64,000 nucleotides of DNA from Sebaldella termitidis ATCC 33386 (GTDB lineage: Bacteria > Fusobacteriota > Fusobacteriia > Fusobacteriales > Leptotrichiaceae): NCBI RefSeq assembly GCF_000024405.1, contig NC_013517.1:2757989-2821988 (forward strand). The letters are read 5' to 3'. The notes beneath the pieces were generated by a model, which did no database searches, was not told where the DNA came from, and was given only the letters and a program-made list of their open reading frames with translations. Below are positions 19,270 through 30,054 of this stretch, piece by piece. How positions within the stretch are numbered: the first letter of the stretch is position 1; every line of letters begins with the position of its first letter. The translations under genes and the position numbers were made by a program.

Positions 19270-19968
19270 TTATATTTGTTCCTGTGACAGCACTTCTGCA
19301 AGATGACATACCAGCTCTTTGGAATTATTCGCGGCCAGCTCCGTAAACTGTGAATACTCCATTGTGGAATCATCTGTTACAGAATCTGAAATCGATCTTA
19401 TTACAAGACATTTTTTATCCAGTCTGTGGCAGACCTGTGCTACTGCAGCACTTTCCATATCCACGCACATTGCATTAAATTCGGCTGCCAGTTCCTGTTT
19501 TGCCTGTTTTAGGCTTATGAACTGATCTCCTGAAATTATAGTTCCCGAATAAATTTTATTATTTGACAGTTTGTATTCTTTTACTATCTCCATTAATCTA
19601 TCGTTTGATAAAAATACTGAAGTATCCATTCTTGGAATTTCACCTTTTTTCAAACCAAATTCTCTTACATCCATATCATGCTGAAGCATTTTTTCTCCTA
19701 TTACTACATCTCCGACTTTAAGCTTACTGTCCAATGCTCCGGCTACTCCTGAAAAGCATACAGCCTTTACATTAAATTTTACTATCATTATAGTTGCCAG
19801 CATAGCAGCATTCACTTTTCCTATTCCAGACTCTGCCAGTACTATTTTTCTATTTCTAAGACTTCCTATATAAAATGTAAATTTACCTATTATCTCCTCA
19901 TAACTGAACTGCATCTCGTCCTTTATTATATTAACTTCTTCAGACATTGCACCGATTATACCGACCAT
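19270..19968 (-). CDS. mtnN: 5'-methylthioadenosine/S-adenosylhomocysteine nucleosidase
   Basis: MVGIIGAMSEE...GIGKVNAAMLA...DMESAAVAQVC, typical Pfs/MtnN. Confidence 0.85.
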   Translation of the reverse strand: MVGIIGAMSEEVNIIKDEMQFSYEEIIGKFTFYIGSLRNRKIVLAESGIGKVNAAMLATIMIVKFNVKAVCFSGVAGALDSKLKVGDVVIGEKMLQHDMDVREFGLKKGEIPRMDTSVFLSNDRLMEIVKEYKLSNNKIYSGTIISGDQFISLKQAKQELAAEFNAMCVDMESAAVAQVCHRLDKKCLVIRSISDSVTDDSTMEYSQFTELAANNSKELVCHLAEVLSQEQI

Positions 19969-20099
19969 AAAAAAATCCTCCTAAAATTTTTAATCATTCA
20001 GACTAAATTATATCATAAATGCAGAAAAAAAAATATCCTTTCCCGTTACAAAGTTTTCGTGTCCCGGAAAAGGATATATATTTTATTTCTTATCTTTTA

Positions 20100-20678
20100 T
20101 TAATCAATTAATTTTTTTATATAACTGCTTATAGTGAAATAATCCACTGAATTACATATGAACTGTACTCCCAGAAATGCTGCTATAAGTGCTATTGAAT
20201 TTTGCGGCCATGATATTATCAGAAAAACAGCAAGCAGTATTTCCACTATTCCTGTAAATATAAACAAACCCATTCCCGGATATCCTTTATTAGAATATGC
20301 TATTGTAATCCTCATTATCCCGGCTGCCAAAAACATAAAGCCTATGAAGAAAGCCAGTGATAATACACCTACTAACGGATTTTTCAAAAATTCATATCCC
20401 AGAAAAATATAAGCAATACCTAAAAGTATTTCCAGTATCAGAGACCATATATTCTGCAGATTTTTAAAGAATAAAGTCGTAAGTATCAGTATAATTCCTC
20501 CTGCTATGAATAAAATCCCCATTAGTACACTTATTGCCCAGCCTGAAACTACCGGCTTCGCAAAACACAAAACTCCTGCGACTGCAAAGAGAATCCCCAG
20601 AATAATATAATATATTCTTTGTTTTTTCAAATTTTCTTTTCCTAAATTTTTTAACTGCTCTAAATCTAAATGAATCAT
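20100..20678 (-). CDS. HdeD/DUF308-family membrane protein
   Basis: Six TM helices with repeated GxxxG-rich segments. 192 aa. Confidence 0.5.
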   Translation of the reverse strand: MIHLDLEQLKNLGKENLKKQRIYYIILGILFAVAGVLCFAKPVVSGWAISVLMGILFIAGGIILILTTLFFKNLQNIWSLILEILLGIAYIFLGYEFLKNPLVGVLSLAFFIGFMFLAAGIMRITIAYSNKGYPGMGLFIFTGIVEILLAVFLIISWPQNSIALIAAFLGVQFICNSVDYFTISSYIKKLID

Positions 20679-20870
20679 AGTAAACCTCCTGATTTAAAAT
20701 TATAACCGTTACATTTCCCCAGCTTAGCTGAAATATATACTTTTCAGGACAAAGCTGATATTTTCTTACAATCTACCTAATTTTCAGAAATTTTTCCTCA
20801 TAAGATTTATTCTCTTCTTTATTCTCTAGTACAGGCAGTCTAAACTTTCAGTTATATTCAATTAATTATT

Positions 20871-21497
20871 TTATGTCAAATTAATTGAATTAATTAGTAA
20901 GACACCATTCTTCTTCATTTCTTCCACGGCTTTCTGACTGTCATCAGGATTAATATTTACTCCCATGCACCCGTCTTCTATAAGCCAGACTTTATATCCC
21001 AGTTTCAAAGCATCCATAACTGTATACTTCACACAATAATCCGTCGCAAGACCCATTATATACAGTTCCTGTACTTCATTTTCTCCAAGAAAGCAGTTCA
21101 AATCCGTCTTATTTTTTCGACCGTTATCAAAAAATCCGCTGTAGCTGTCTACTTCTGTATCTCTTCCCTTATACACTATTTTACTTATATTTTTCCTGTT
21201 TAACCTGTCATGAAATTCAGCTCCCGGAGTGTTCTCCACACAGTGTACAGGCCACCATACCTGAGGAAGTCCGTTTAGCATACCTGTTTCTCCAATATTT
21301 GCAGAAGAATTTACTGCAAAACTTTTATGTCCTGCCGGATGCCAGTCCTTTGTAGCAATGATCAGATTTTTGTTTTTGACAAATGCTTTTATTGCTCTGT
21401 TTGCTGTTTCTATTACATCATCACTGTTTCTTACTTCCAAAGCACCTCCCCTGCAAAAATCTTTTTGTAAATCAATTAACAATAATGCTTTTTTCAT
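20871..21497 (-). CDS. pncA: nicotinamidase/pyrazinamidase (isochorismatase family)
   Basis: ..LLLIDLQKDFC...ATKDWHP..H..F...GLATDYCVKYT catalytic D-K-C triad context. SD GAGGTG before the ATG at ~21497. Confidence 0.8.
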   Translation of the reverse strand: MKKALLLIDLQKDFCRGGALEVRNSDDVIETANRAIKAFVKNKNLIIATKDWHPAGHKSFAVNSSANIGETGMLNGLPQVWWPVHCVENTPGAEFHDRLNRKNISKIVYKGRDTEVDSYSGFFDNGRKNKTDLNCFLGENEVQELYIMGLATDYCVKYTVMDALKLGYKVWLIEDGCMGVNINPDDSQKAVEEMKKNGVLLINSINLT

Positions 21498-21760
21498 TGC
21501 TGTCACCTCACAAAAAAATTATTTTTCATCCCAGTTACAGTTTACCATGTATTTTATTTTTATAAAAGTATTTATCATTTATTATTACAAAAATTTTTTT
21601 ATAATAGTTTACTGCTCTTATTTTTTATCTCTCAATATATCAAAATAAGCAGCATCAAAATTTTTATATCTGTTTAATATTTATATATTTTTTGAATATA
21701 AACCTCTTTTTTATCTTTATATATTTTCTTATTTCGTGTATAATTATTCTTGGTGATAAA

Positions 21761-23002
21761 ATGAATATTGATAATATATTAAATAAAATTTTCAAACTAA
21801 GGGCAGTTCCAAAAAAAAATCTGAATAATATAAAATTTGTATTGAAGAAATTAGGAAATCCCGAAAAGAATCTAAAAATAATACATATTGCCGGAACAAA
21901 CGGAAAAGGCTCTGCCGCTTCCATGCTGGAATCTGTTCTCATAACGGCAGGATATAATGTAGGAAAATTTACTTCTCCGCATATTATCAAATTTAATGAA
22001 AGAATTGTCTATAATAAAAAAGAGATTCCTGATGAAGAAATAGCAGGATTTTTTGATATAATTGAAAAAATTACAGAAAAATATAATATTTATCTGAATT
22101 TTTTTGAAGTTACCACAATAATAATGTTTTGTTATTTTAATAAGCTAAAACCTGACTACACAATTATAGAATGCGGTCTTGGCGGACGTCTTGATGCTAC
22201 GAATACCGGCAATTCATATTTGTCGGTCATTACTAATATAAGCTTTGATCACACAGCTGTTTTAGGCAACACGCTTAAGGAAATTGCCTTTGAAAAAGCA
22301 GGGATAGTACATGACGGACAAATTTGTATCTTTGCGGGCAACCACTCCGAACTCACAGAAGCAGTAAAAAATAAAACAGATAATTTTGTTGACATTATGA
22401 CAAAATATAAAAATATTGATATTTCACTTGATAAAACTACCTTACATACAAAAATTTCTCTTAATAACAGTATTTTTGAAATTCCGTTATATGGTATTTT
22501 TCAGGGCTGGAATTTTTTACTGGTTTATGAAACCGCTAAAATACTTAAAATCGAAGATTCTATTATTGCAAAAGGTATTTCCGATGTAAAATGGCCGGGA
22601 AGATTTGAGATTTATTCAAAGGATCCGTTAATTATCCTTGATGCAGCTCATAATACCGATTCAGTGAAAGTTCTGAGAGATAATATTCTTTCTCTTTATC
22701 CTAAAAGTGAAACTGCTGTGATTATTTCCGTTTTAAAAGATAAAAATATTAATGAAATCTTTTCTCTTGCAGAAGAATTTACAGATAATATTTTTTGTAC
22801 TTCATTAAGTGAAAGTCACAGAGGATTTACTTCAGAAGAATTAAAGAATGTTATAAAAAGGAATGATCCCTCTATTGAATACTATTTTGATGATGATTTG
22901 GAAAAAATTACCAGAAAAGCTCTTTCCCTGAATAAAAAAGTTCTTATAGTATGCGGTTCATTCTATTTGATTTCAAAATTTAAGGAGCTTTATAATCTAT
23001 AA
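21761..23002 (+). CDS. folC: bifunctional folylpolyglutamate synthase/dihydrofolate synthase
   Basis: ..IHIAGTNGKGSAASMLESVL.. Mur-ligase P-loop. ~414 aa from the internal ATG at 21761. Confidence 0.85.
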   Translation: MNIDNILNKIFKLRAVPKKNLNNIKFVLKKLGNPEKNLKIIHIAGTNGKGSAASMLESVLITAGYNVGKFTSPHIIKFNERIVYNKKEIPDEEIAGFFDIIEKITEKYNIYLNFFEVTTIIMFCYFNKLKPDYTIIECGLGGRLDATNTGNSYLSVITNISFDHTAVLGNTLKEIAFEKAGIVHDGQICIFAGNHSELTEAVKNKTDNFVDIMTKYKNIDISLDKTTLHTKISLNNSIFEIPLYGIFQGWNFLLVYETAKILKIEDSIIAKGISDVKWPGRFEIYSKDPLIILDAAHNTDSVKVLRDNILSLYPKSETAVIISVLKDKNINEIFSLAEEFTDNIFCTSLSESHRGFTSEELKNVIKRNDPSIEYYFDDDLEKITRKALSLNKKVLIVCGSFYLISKFKELYNL

Positions 23003-23013
23003 ACCAGACTATA

Positions 23014-23060
23014 AAAAAATCAGGTCTGTATTGTATTCAAACAATACAGACCCTTTTATA
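23014..23060. terminator. bidirectional rho-independent terminator between folC and ftsH
   Basis: A7 run, then ggtctgtattg-loop-caatacagacc 11-bp stem, then TTTT. Confidence 0.7.
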
Positions 23061-23066
23061 TTAATT

Positions 23067-25115
23067 TTATACATTTTCACTAAGAGTTGCATTTCCCATT
23101 TTACTGTCTTCTTCTACAGATTTTTCTATTTCGTTTTCTGCTTCATTTAATTTTGTAACAATATTAGATGAATTATCATCTTTTTCTATTTCTTCCACAG
23201 TTTTCCCTGTAATTATTGCTCTTACTTCCGCACCTGTTATTGTTTCTTTTTTCAGAAGAAGTTCCGCAACCTGATCTAATTTATCCCTGTTTTCTCTTAA
23301 TAAATTTAAAGTATTTTCATATTCTCTTTTTACGAGATTTCTTACTTCCATATCTATTTCTCTGGCTGTTTCATCACTCATTCCGTTTCCGAACATAAAT
23401 TCCCCGTCATTAAGCGGTTCAAAATTTATAGGTCCCAGCTCTTTACTCATACCTACTTTTGTTACATAAGCTTTAGCAAGATTAGTAACATGTTTTATAT
23501 CTGAGTATGCTCCTGTACTTACATCGTCCAGTACAAGCTCTTCCGAAGCTCTTCCTCCCAGTGATACTCTCATACTTGCTATTATTTCCTTACTGCCTGT
23601 AACAAGCTTTTCTTCAGGAAGCGGCATCATAAATCCTCCTGCACTTCCTCTTGGAATTATAGTCACTTTATGTACAGGATCGGCATTTGGTGTCAGTTCT
23701 GTCACCAGAGCATGTCCTGCTTCATGATATGCAAGCAGTCTTTTTTCTTCCGGCTTTATTATCTTAGATTTCTGACCCAGACCCATTCCGATTTTATCTA
23801 CAGCTTCATCAAGGTCACCCATGTTTATTACATCTCTTCCTTCTCTTGCAGCAAGAATTGCAGCTTCATTAAGAAGATTTTCCAGATCGGCACCTACGAA
23901 TCCCGGAGTTATTTTTGCTATATCCTCTAATTTTACATCATCAGCCAGCTTTTTATTTTTCGCATGTACCTCAAGAATAGCTATTCTTCCCTGTACATCC
24001 GGCGCATCTACGCTTATTCTTCTGTCGAATCTTCCTGCTCTTAATAATGCAGGATCTAATACATCTTCTCTGTTTGTCGCAGCTACTACTATGATTTTTT
24101 CATCAGTTTCAAAACCGTCCATTTCTACAAGCAGCTGATTCAGTGTCTGTTCTCTTTCATCATTTCCGCCGTGTTTTCCTGTTCCTCTTTTACGTCCCAC
24201 AGCATCAATCTCATCTATAAATATGATTGCCGGTCTGCTCTTCTTAGCTTTTTCAAATAAATCTCTTACTCTTGAAGCTCCGACCCCTACGAACATTTCT
24301 ACGAATTCAGAACCTGATATGCTGAAGAATGAGGCTCCCGATTCGCCTGCTACTGCTTTGGCTAGTAACGTTTTTCCCGTTCCCGGACGTCCCAGAAGCA
24401 GAACTCCTTTTGGCACTCTTGCTCCTGCTTTGGTAAATTTTTCAGGATTTCTTAAAAATTCCACAATTTCTTTCAATTCTTCCTTAGCCTCGTCTACACC
24501 TGCTACATCATCAAATTTTACTTTAGATATATTTTCTTTTTTATTTGTTTTTGTTTTCCCAAAGTTAAATATCTGACCGGGTCCTCCCTGACCATTTGAC
24601 ATTTTTTTACTTAGATAAACAAATGCTCCTATTATTATGACAAACGGTAAAAAGTTAAATACCAGAGGCCAGAAATAATTTGGCCCTGTGGGCTGCTGTA
24701 CTTTCAAGTTAATATTTTTTGATTCTATTACACCCATCAGATTAGTGTCTTCTCCCACTCTGTCAGTAATTTTTCTTGCTTTATAGATTACATCTTTATT
24801 GTTTTCTTTTAACTTTGTTGTTATGAAATCGTCCTTTTCTTCTACTTCCTGTATTTGTCCGTCTTTGATCTTATTGATAAATTCAGTATACTGTATCTCT
24901 TTTACGTTTTGCATTGAAGTATTCAGCTTATCGGTAAGATTCGGTGCAGTGGTCAAAACCAGAATAAGCAGGACCAGACCCAAAATAAACGGAAGTTTGC
25001 TATAAGGGGGCTTCTGATTATTGTTATTATTTTTATTATTTTGTTCCCTCCTTTGCTTTTTCAGCTCTTCGAGTCTTTTCGATATATCATCTTTTTTATC
25101 ATTATTATTTTGCAT
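23067..25115 (-). CDS. ftsH: ATP-dependent zinc metalloprotease FtsH
   Basis: Walker A GPPGTGKT, SRH region and HEAGHAL zinc motif. N-terminal TM helices. Confidence 0.95.
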   Translation of the reverse strand: MQNNNDKKDDISKRLEELKKQRREQNNKNNNNNQKPPYSKLPFILGLVLLILVLTTAPNLTDKLNTSMQNVKEIQYTEFINKIKDGQIQEVEEKDDFITTKLKENNKDVIYKARKITDRVGEDTNLMGVIESKNINLKVQQPTGPNYFWPLVFNFLPFVIIIGAFVYLSKKMSNGQGGPGQIFNFGKTKTNKKENISKVKFDDVAGVDEAKEELKEIVEFLRNPEKFTKAGARVPKGVLLLGRPGTGKTLLAKAVAGESGASFFSISGSEFVEMFVGVGASRVRDLFEKAKKSRPAIIFIDEIDAVGRKRGTGKHGGNDEREQTLNQLLVEMDGFETDEKIIVVAATNREDVLDPALLRAGRFDRRISVDAPDVQGRIAILEVHAKNKKLADDVKLEDIAKITPGFVGADLENLLNEAAILAAREGRDVINMGDLDEAVDKIGMGLGQKSKIIKPEEKRLLAYHEAGHALVTELTPNADPVHKVTIIPRGSAGGFMMPLPEEKLVTGSKEIIASMRVSLGGRASEELVLDDVSTGAYSDIKHVTNLAKAYVTKVGMSKELGPINFEPLNDGEFMFGNGMSDETAREIDMEVRNLVKREYENTLNLLRENRDKLDQVAELLLKKETITGAEVRAIITGKTVEEIEKDDNSSNIVTKLNEAENEIEKSVEEDSKMGNATLSENV

Positions 25116-26433
25116 TTTTCCTCCTAATAATTAATTTCATCTGTTCTTTGCTAACGGCATTTCTGCTTAGTTCTAATTTCCCTGATATTTTTATATCGCC
25201 TATTGCAGCTATTTCATTATCTAATTCAATTACAGGGATCCTCTCCCTCTCTTTTTTTTCAATTTTTTCATCAATTAATATCTTTTTTATTTTTTTATAT
25301 CCCAGATTTTTCAGATATATTCTGTCTCCCTCTTTTCTGCTTCTTACTTTTATATTTGTTTTATCCCCGAGAAAAATTATCTTTCCGTTTTCCCGAGAAC
25401 TCTCTTTTATATCTCTTTTTGTTACCTCAAGCAGATAATCTCCCCATTCTGTCATTATTCCTTCTTCCAGTATAAGCTCTTCCGGAAGAGGTACATATTC
25501 ATTTTGAAAAATCACCTCTAGTTTATCATAATTTTTGTAAAGTATAAAGTTATTTCCTAAATTTATTTCTTTATTTCCTTTTGAATTTATCAATTCTCCT
25601 ATCTGTCTGATTTTTTCCCTGTTTATCTCTATGTCATACATGGAAATCAAATCAAAAATCCTTTTATTCTGCATGGTTTTATCCATTTTCCTTAAGTCTG
25701 AAAGCCACAATACAGCTTCTTTGCTTTTTTCAATATCTTCAAAATTATTTATCTCTTCAATCAATCCGGCTATTTTTTCCCTGAACAAAGGATTAACCTC
25801 GCTGAACAAAGGAAAAATCAAATTTCTGATTTTATTTCTGGTATATTTTGTTTCAAAATTCGTAGAATCCAGTCTGTATTCTTCATCTGCACCATCCAAC
25901 ACCTCTAAAATATAATCTTTTCTGAATTCCAGTATAGGTCTGATAATTGCTCCCCTTTTTACAGGAATCCCCTTTAAGCCGTTTAATGCTGTTCCTCTCA
26001 GAAGCCTGAATATAAAAGTCTCGATATTATCGTCCAGATTATGGCCTGTAGCTATTTTATCAATATTATTTTCTTTCATAATATCAAAAAATATTCTGTA
26101 TCGTTCTTCTCTTCCGGCCTCCTCCTCGGAAATTTTTTCTCTGACCGCAGTTTCTTTTACATCTGCCTCTCTTATATGATACCTTACCTCATATTTTTCT
26201 GCAAATTCTTTTACAAATTTTATATCTTCATCTGCATCTTCTCTGAGTTTATGATTTACATATACTAATTCCAGTTCAAGTCCAAGACTTTCCCTGAAAA
26301 AATTTATACAGTGAAAAAGAAAAACCGAATCCGGTCCTCCTGAAAAAGCGATTAATACCTTATCATTTTTTTTCAGTAATTCATATTTTCCAATAATTTT
26401 TTTTAATTTATCGGTTATTCTAAAATCCAGCAT
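25105..26433 (-). CDS. tilS: tRNA(Ile)-lysidine synthetase
   Basis: PP-loop SGGPDS. Conserved tilS-ftsH adjacency. Confidence 0.85.
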   Translation of the reverse strand: MLDFRITDKLKKIIGKYELLKKNDKVLIAFSGGPDSVFLFHCINFFRESLGLELELVYVNHKLREDADEDIKFVKEFAEKYEVRYHIREADVKETAVREKISEEEAGREERYRIFFDIMKENNIDKIATGHNLDDNIETFIFRLLRGTALNGLKGIPVKRGAIIRPILEFRKDYILEVLDGADEEYRLDSTNFETKYTRNKIRNLIFPLFSEVNPLFREKIAGLIEEINNFEDIEKSKEAVLWLSDLRKMDKTMQNKRIFDLISMYDIEINREKIRQIGELINSKGNKEINLGNNFILYKNYDKLEVIFQNEYVPLPEELILEEGIMTEWGDYLLEVTKRDIKESSRENGKIIFLGDKTNIKVRSRKEGDRIYLKNLGYKKIKKILIDEKIEKKERERIPVIELDNEIAAIGDIKISGKLELSRNAVSKEQMKLIIRRKNAK

Positions 26434-27526
26434 CTCTATATTCCTCTATTTTTATTCCTGTAAAATAGTATTGCAAAATCTGGTCGTATTTTTTATTTTT
26501 TTCCGCCTGAGCATAAGCTCCCCACTGAGACAGTCCTACTCCGTGTCCTGAACCGTTTCCGTTAAATGTAAATGCTCCCCCGTTATCTGAATAATCAAAT
26601 ACAGTGCTGAAAATATTGGTATAACCAAGTCTTTTTCTAAATTCATTTCCGGTAACTGTTACTGTTTTTCCGCTTCCTGTTAGAAACAGTTTTTTTATTC
26701 TGTTATCTTTTCTTTCCACTTCTATTACCTCAGGATAAACACCGAATATTTTTCTTAATCTGTCTTTTGTAATAGTATAAGTCCAGTATCTTCTCGGAGA
26801 ATCCATTATATTTCCCGAATCATCCACTGCTTTCAGATATTCTACAGGTACACCTCCCCATACATCTTCCACATTAGCCGTAAATCCTCCGCTGTCATCG
26901 TGAAATATTGCATTGATGGGTTCACCCTTATATGTCATTACTATATTTTTAGTTTTGTCTATAAGACTGTTGATTTTTTCATCTTCTGCTGCTATTCCTT
27001 TATACACCTGTGAATTTACATTATCTACCATATCATAATTTTTGAATTTTGAATTTTTGGCATTATAATAAGAATATGTTCTAGATGTTACTATTTGAGC
27101 CTTTACAGCTTCATCAGGAAATTTTTTCCCTATTTCCGAAGGTATCACACTGTAAAGATACTGATCCATTTCTACAAGATTTACAGGAACTATTCTTCCG
27201 TTTTCGATAATCAGGTCAAAATTTCCCCGATAACCGTCGAAACTCTTCCCGCTCTTGCTTATATATAAAAAGTCAGTTCCCTCAGGCTTTAGTACTATAT
27301 CACTGTAAGACTGCCCTTCATAAGTTACTGCATTTTTTCCTGCAGAAAATTTCACTTCTCTTTTTTTGCCGAGAAGTACTCCGTTGGAAAAAACTTCTAT
27401 TTCATTATTTGCTCTCACATATAACTGATTTCCCGAATTGCTTAAAATGGCTATTTTCATCTCTTTTGCAGAAAGCAGGCCATAAATCATAAGGAAAACA
27501 GCTGTTAATATTATTTTTAGTTTCAT
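26420..27526 (-). CDS. SpoIID/LytB-domain protein (amidase enhancer)
   Basis: Signal peptide. C-terminal ..GSGHGVGLSQWGA.. SpoIID signature. Confidence 0.75.
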   Translation of the reverse strand: MKLKIILTAVFLMIYGLLSAKEMKIAILSNSGNQLYVRANNEIEVFSNGVLLGKKREVKFSAGKNAVTYEGQSYSDIVLKPEGTDFLYISKSGKSFDGYRGNFDLIIENGRIVPVNLVEMDQYLYSVIPSEIGKKFPDEAVKAQIVTSRTYSYYNAKNSKFKNYDMVDNVNSQVYKGIAAEDEKINSLIDKTKNIVMTYKGEPINAIFHDDSGGFTANVEDVWGGVPVEYLKAVDDSGNIMDSPRRYWTYTITKDRLRKIFGVYPEVIEVERKDNRIKKLFLTGSGKTVTVTGNEFRKRLGYTNIFSTVFDYSDNGGAFTFNGNGSGHGVGLSQWGAYAQAEKNKKYDQILQYYFTGIKIEEYRDAGF

Positions 27527-27527
27527 A

Positions 27528-28478
27528 TTATTTTAACTGCCCAGTCTCCTTTCTTTTTCTCAAATGCTCATCATGAGTTTTTGAATAATAAGTTCCTCCC
27601 TTATATGTAAAAAAGAATAAATCTCCGGTTATTTCCGCATTCACTACAGCATCAAAAGTTTCTTTCGAAGGATTTGACACCGGAGTAGGAGGTAAGCCTT
27701 TATGCTTATAACTGTTATATGGAGACATATCCGTAAGAAGTTCTTTTCTGTATGCCTGTCTTCCGAGCTCATACTTTAATGTCGCATCTGATTCAAGCCT
27801 CATATTTATTTCCAGCCTTTTTAAAAATATCCCAGCTACTTTTGTTTTATCTTCTTTTTTCGCTACTTCCAGTTCTACTATTGATGCCAGCTTTAATTTA
27901 TTATAAAAATCATCTTTATCCGGATATTTTTCAGGAGGATAATTTTTCAAAAATTCTTTTAGAATAGCGTCTACTACTTCCTTTTCACTTGTTCCTTCAT
28001 AAAAAAAGTAAGTTTCAGGGTAAAAATATCCTTCATAATTATTATTCGGATGCGGATAAGGAAAATCTGCTTTTTTTAGTGCCTGCTCCAGCTTTTCTTT
28101 TGTTCCAAGTCCCAGCTTTTCTATTCTCTCAAATACCTGTCTGTTAGAAAATCCTTCCGGTATAGTCAGTCTTATTTCATCACTTTTTCCGCTTACAATT
28201 TTACTGATGATCTCCATTCTGCTTACTTTTCCGTCAAATTTATAAGAGCCGACCCTTGCTTTTGAGCCATTGCCGGTAATTTTCAGGTATACCTTATCAG
28301 TCAGGGTATATTTTATTCCAAGATCATTATAGATTTGGTTAAAACTCTCACCCTTTCTCACCACTACATATTTATTTTTAAATTCTTTTACAGGTGTAAG
28401 CATCATCATAAAAAAAAGTAAAAATAAAAATATTAGTATACCTATAAATGTGCTAAAACATATTATAATTTTTTTCAT
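27528..28478 (-). CDS. mltG: endolytic murein transglycosylase MltG (YceG-like)
   Basis: N-terminal TM segment plus YceG domain (..GLPPTPVSNPS.. catalytic region). Confidence 0.8.
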   Translation of the reverse strand: MKKIIICFSTFIGILIFLFLLFFMMMLTPVKEFKNKYVVVRKGESFNQIYNDLGIKYTLTDKVYLKITGNGSKARVGSYKFDGKVSRMEIISKIVSGKSDEIRLTIPEGFSNRQVFERIEKLGLGTKEKLEQALKKADFPYPHPNNNYEGYFYPETYFFYEGTSEKEVVDAILKEFLKNYPPEKYPDKDDFYNKLKLASIVELEVAKKEDKTKVAGIFLKRLEINMRLESDATLKYELGRQAYRKELLTDMSPYNSYKHKGLPPTPVSNPSKETFDAVVNAEITGDLFFFTYKGGTYYSKTHDEHLRKRKETGQLK

Positions 28479-28493
28479 TTTTCTCCTTTAAAA

Positions 28494-29159
28494 TTAGTTT
28501 TTAGGTATTTCTACAGCCTCGTCGAAGTTTATTGTACCGCTTTCTCCGAATCTGCTCAATCTTTCATAAAACTCTCTTTCTTCCTCTGCCTTTCTCAATT
28601 CTTCCTCGTCAAATACAGCAGGATTATAGCTTATTTTCTTCAGTCTTGATACATTATAGCCCTGCTTTTTTACTTCCGTCATTATTTCATTTATCTTTTC
28701 ACTGCTCGGCATCTCACTTCTTGTCAGAACTCTTATTATATTTTCTTTCTTAAAATAAATAACAAGATACTTCATATCATCATCAAAATATAAAATTTCA
28801 TTTTTGTAGTTTATCGGACCGTTTCTTCTTACATAAAAATAAACGCTTTTCTTGTCTTCTTGTATCCAGGCCCTTTTTTCTTCTTTTATCCATACATTTC
28901 TTTTAGGATTATAGCTTTTGGTAATATAGCTGTATCCCTCGCCTTCCTGTGCGAGATCTATTGTTATGTTCTCAAGATTTTTTGTTTTTATATCATTGTC
29001 ATAAAGCAAATACCATACTCCTGATGCTTTGCCCACATCAAATCTCAGTTTTGGATTTACAGCATTGTCTATTTTGTTAATAACATCAGACAGCGATGAA
29101 TAAGACACTGTATTAAATATTAAAAATGAACCTAGAATTCCGATATATAATTTTTTCAT
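28494..29159 (-). CDS. hypothetical secreted protein (possible lipocalin-like fold)
   Basis: Signal peptide. No recognisable motif. Confidence 0.45.
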   Translation of the reverse strand: MKKLYIGILGSFLIFNTVSYSSLSDVINKIDNAVNPKLRFDVGKASGVWYLLYDNDIKTKNLENITIDLAQEGEGYSYITKSYNPKRNVWIKEEKRAWIQEDKKSVYFYVRRNGPINYKNEILYFDDDMKYLVIYFKKENIIRVLTRSEMPSSEKINEIMTEVKKQGYNVSRLKKISYNPAVFDEEELRKAEEEREFYERLSRFGESGTINFDEAVEIPKN

Positions 29160-29502
29160 TTTAATTTCACCTTTTCATTTTTTAAATATTATAGCATATT
29201 ACGGCTTTTAAATAAAGATTATAGTAGAACTATAGGGTCAAATATTTTTCTGAAAAAACACTGCATTTTATCAACCAAATATTGCAGTTTCAAGTTATAA
29301 ACCGTTATTTTTCTGTCTATACTGTTCAACAATCTTTACAGATATCTTTTTTTGAAGTAATAATTTATACCAATGTATTATTTCCCTTCTGAAAATATTG
29401 TATTTCTGCTGACTTTTTTATTAAAAAATTCTATTATTTTTCCTTGACTATATTCCACTTGTATAATATACTATAAGTAGAATATCATAAGGAGGTGTTA
29501 TT

Positions 29503-30054
29503 TTGTCACTAAAGCATGGATTATTAGGTCTGTTAAACTATGGAGAAATGACAGGATATGAGCTGGACAGAACGTTTAACGGCTCTCTTGATTTTTTTTG
29601 GAAGGCACAGACAAGTCAGATTTATCGTGAACTTAATCATATGGAGAAATCCGGCTGGCTTACTTCCAAAACAGTTTTCCAGACTGAAAGACCCAATAAA
29701 AGAATATATTCACTCACTGATTCCGGCAGAACAGAGCTGCATAACTGGCTGCTGGAAAATAATTTTGACAGTGAATTCCAGACCCGCAGTACTTTTCTTA
29801 TGAAGATATTCTTTTCCGATCAAAAAAATATAAAAGAAAATATAGAAATGTTCAGAGCATACAAAAAGAAGTGTCTGTCTGAATTAAAAAATCTGGAAAA
29901 AGCCAATAATAACATCAAGTTTTACAGTGAAAGAGAAGAAGAAAAAGGTAAAAGCATATATTGGAATCTTACTGTTCTTTTTGGGGAGAAACATCTGAAA
30001 ACATCTCTTGAATTTGCTGATGAAGCTATAAAAATTTTGGAGGAATTATTATGA
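29503..30054 (+). CDS. PadR-family transcriptional regulator
   Basis: N-terminal winged-helix ..LLGLLNYGEMTGYEL...QIYRELNHMEKSGWL. Preceded by a TTGACT-17-TATAAT promoter and SD AGGAGG. Confidence 0.8.
   Translation: MSLKHGLLGLLNYGEMTGYELDRTFNGSLDFFWKAQTSQIYRELNHMEKSGWLTSKTVFQTERPNKRIYSLTDSGRTELHNWLLENNFDSEFQTRSTFLMKIFFSDQKNIKENIEMFRAYKKKCLSELKNLEKANNNIKFYSEREEEKGKSIYWNLTVLFGEKHLKTSLEFADEAIKILEELL

Noticed and set aside
18892-19373. K/R-rich 73-aa and 68-aa alternative-frame ORFs within or overlapping the SPOR-domain gene and mtnN
   Set aside because: Out-of-frame shadows of real genes.
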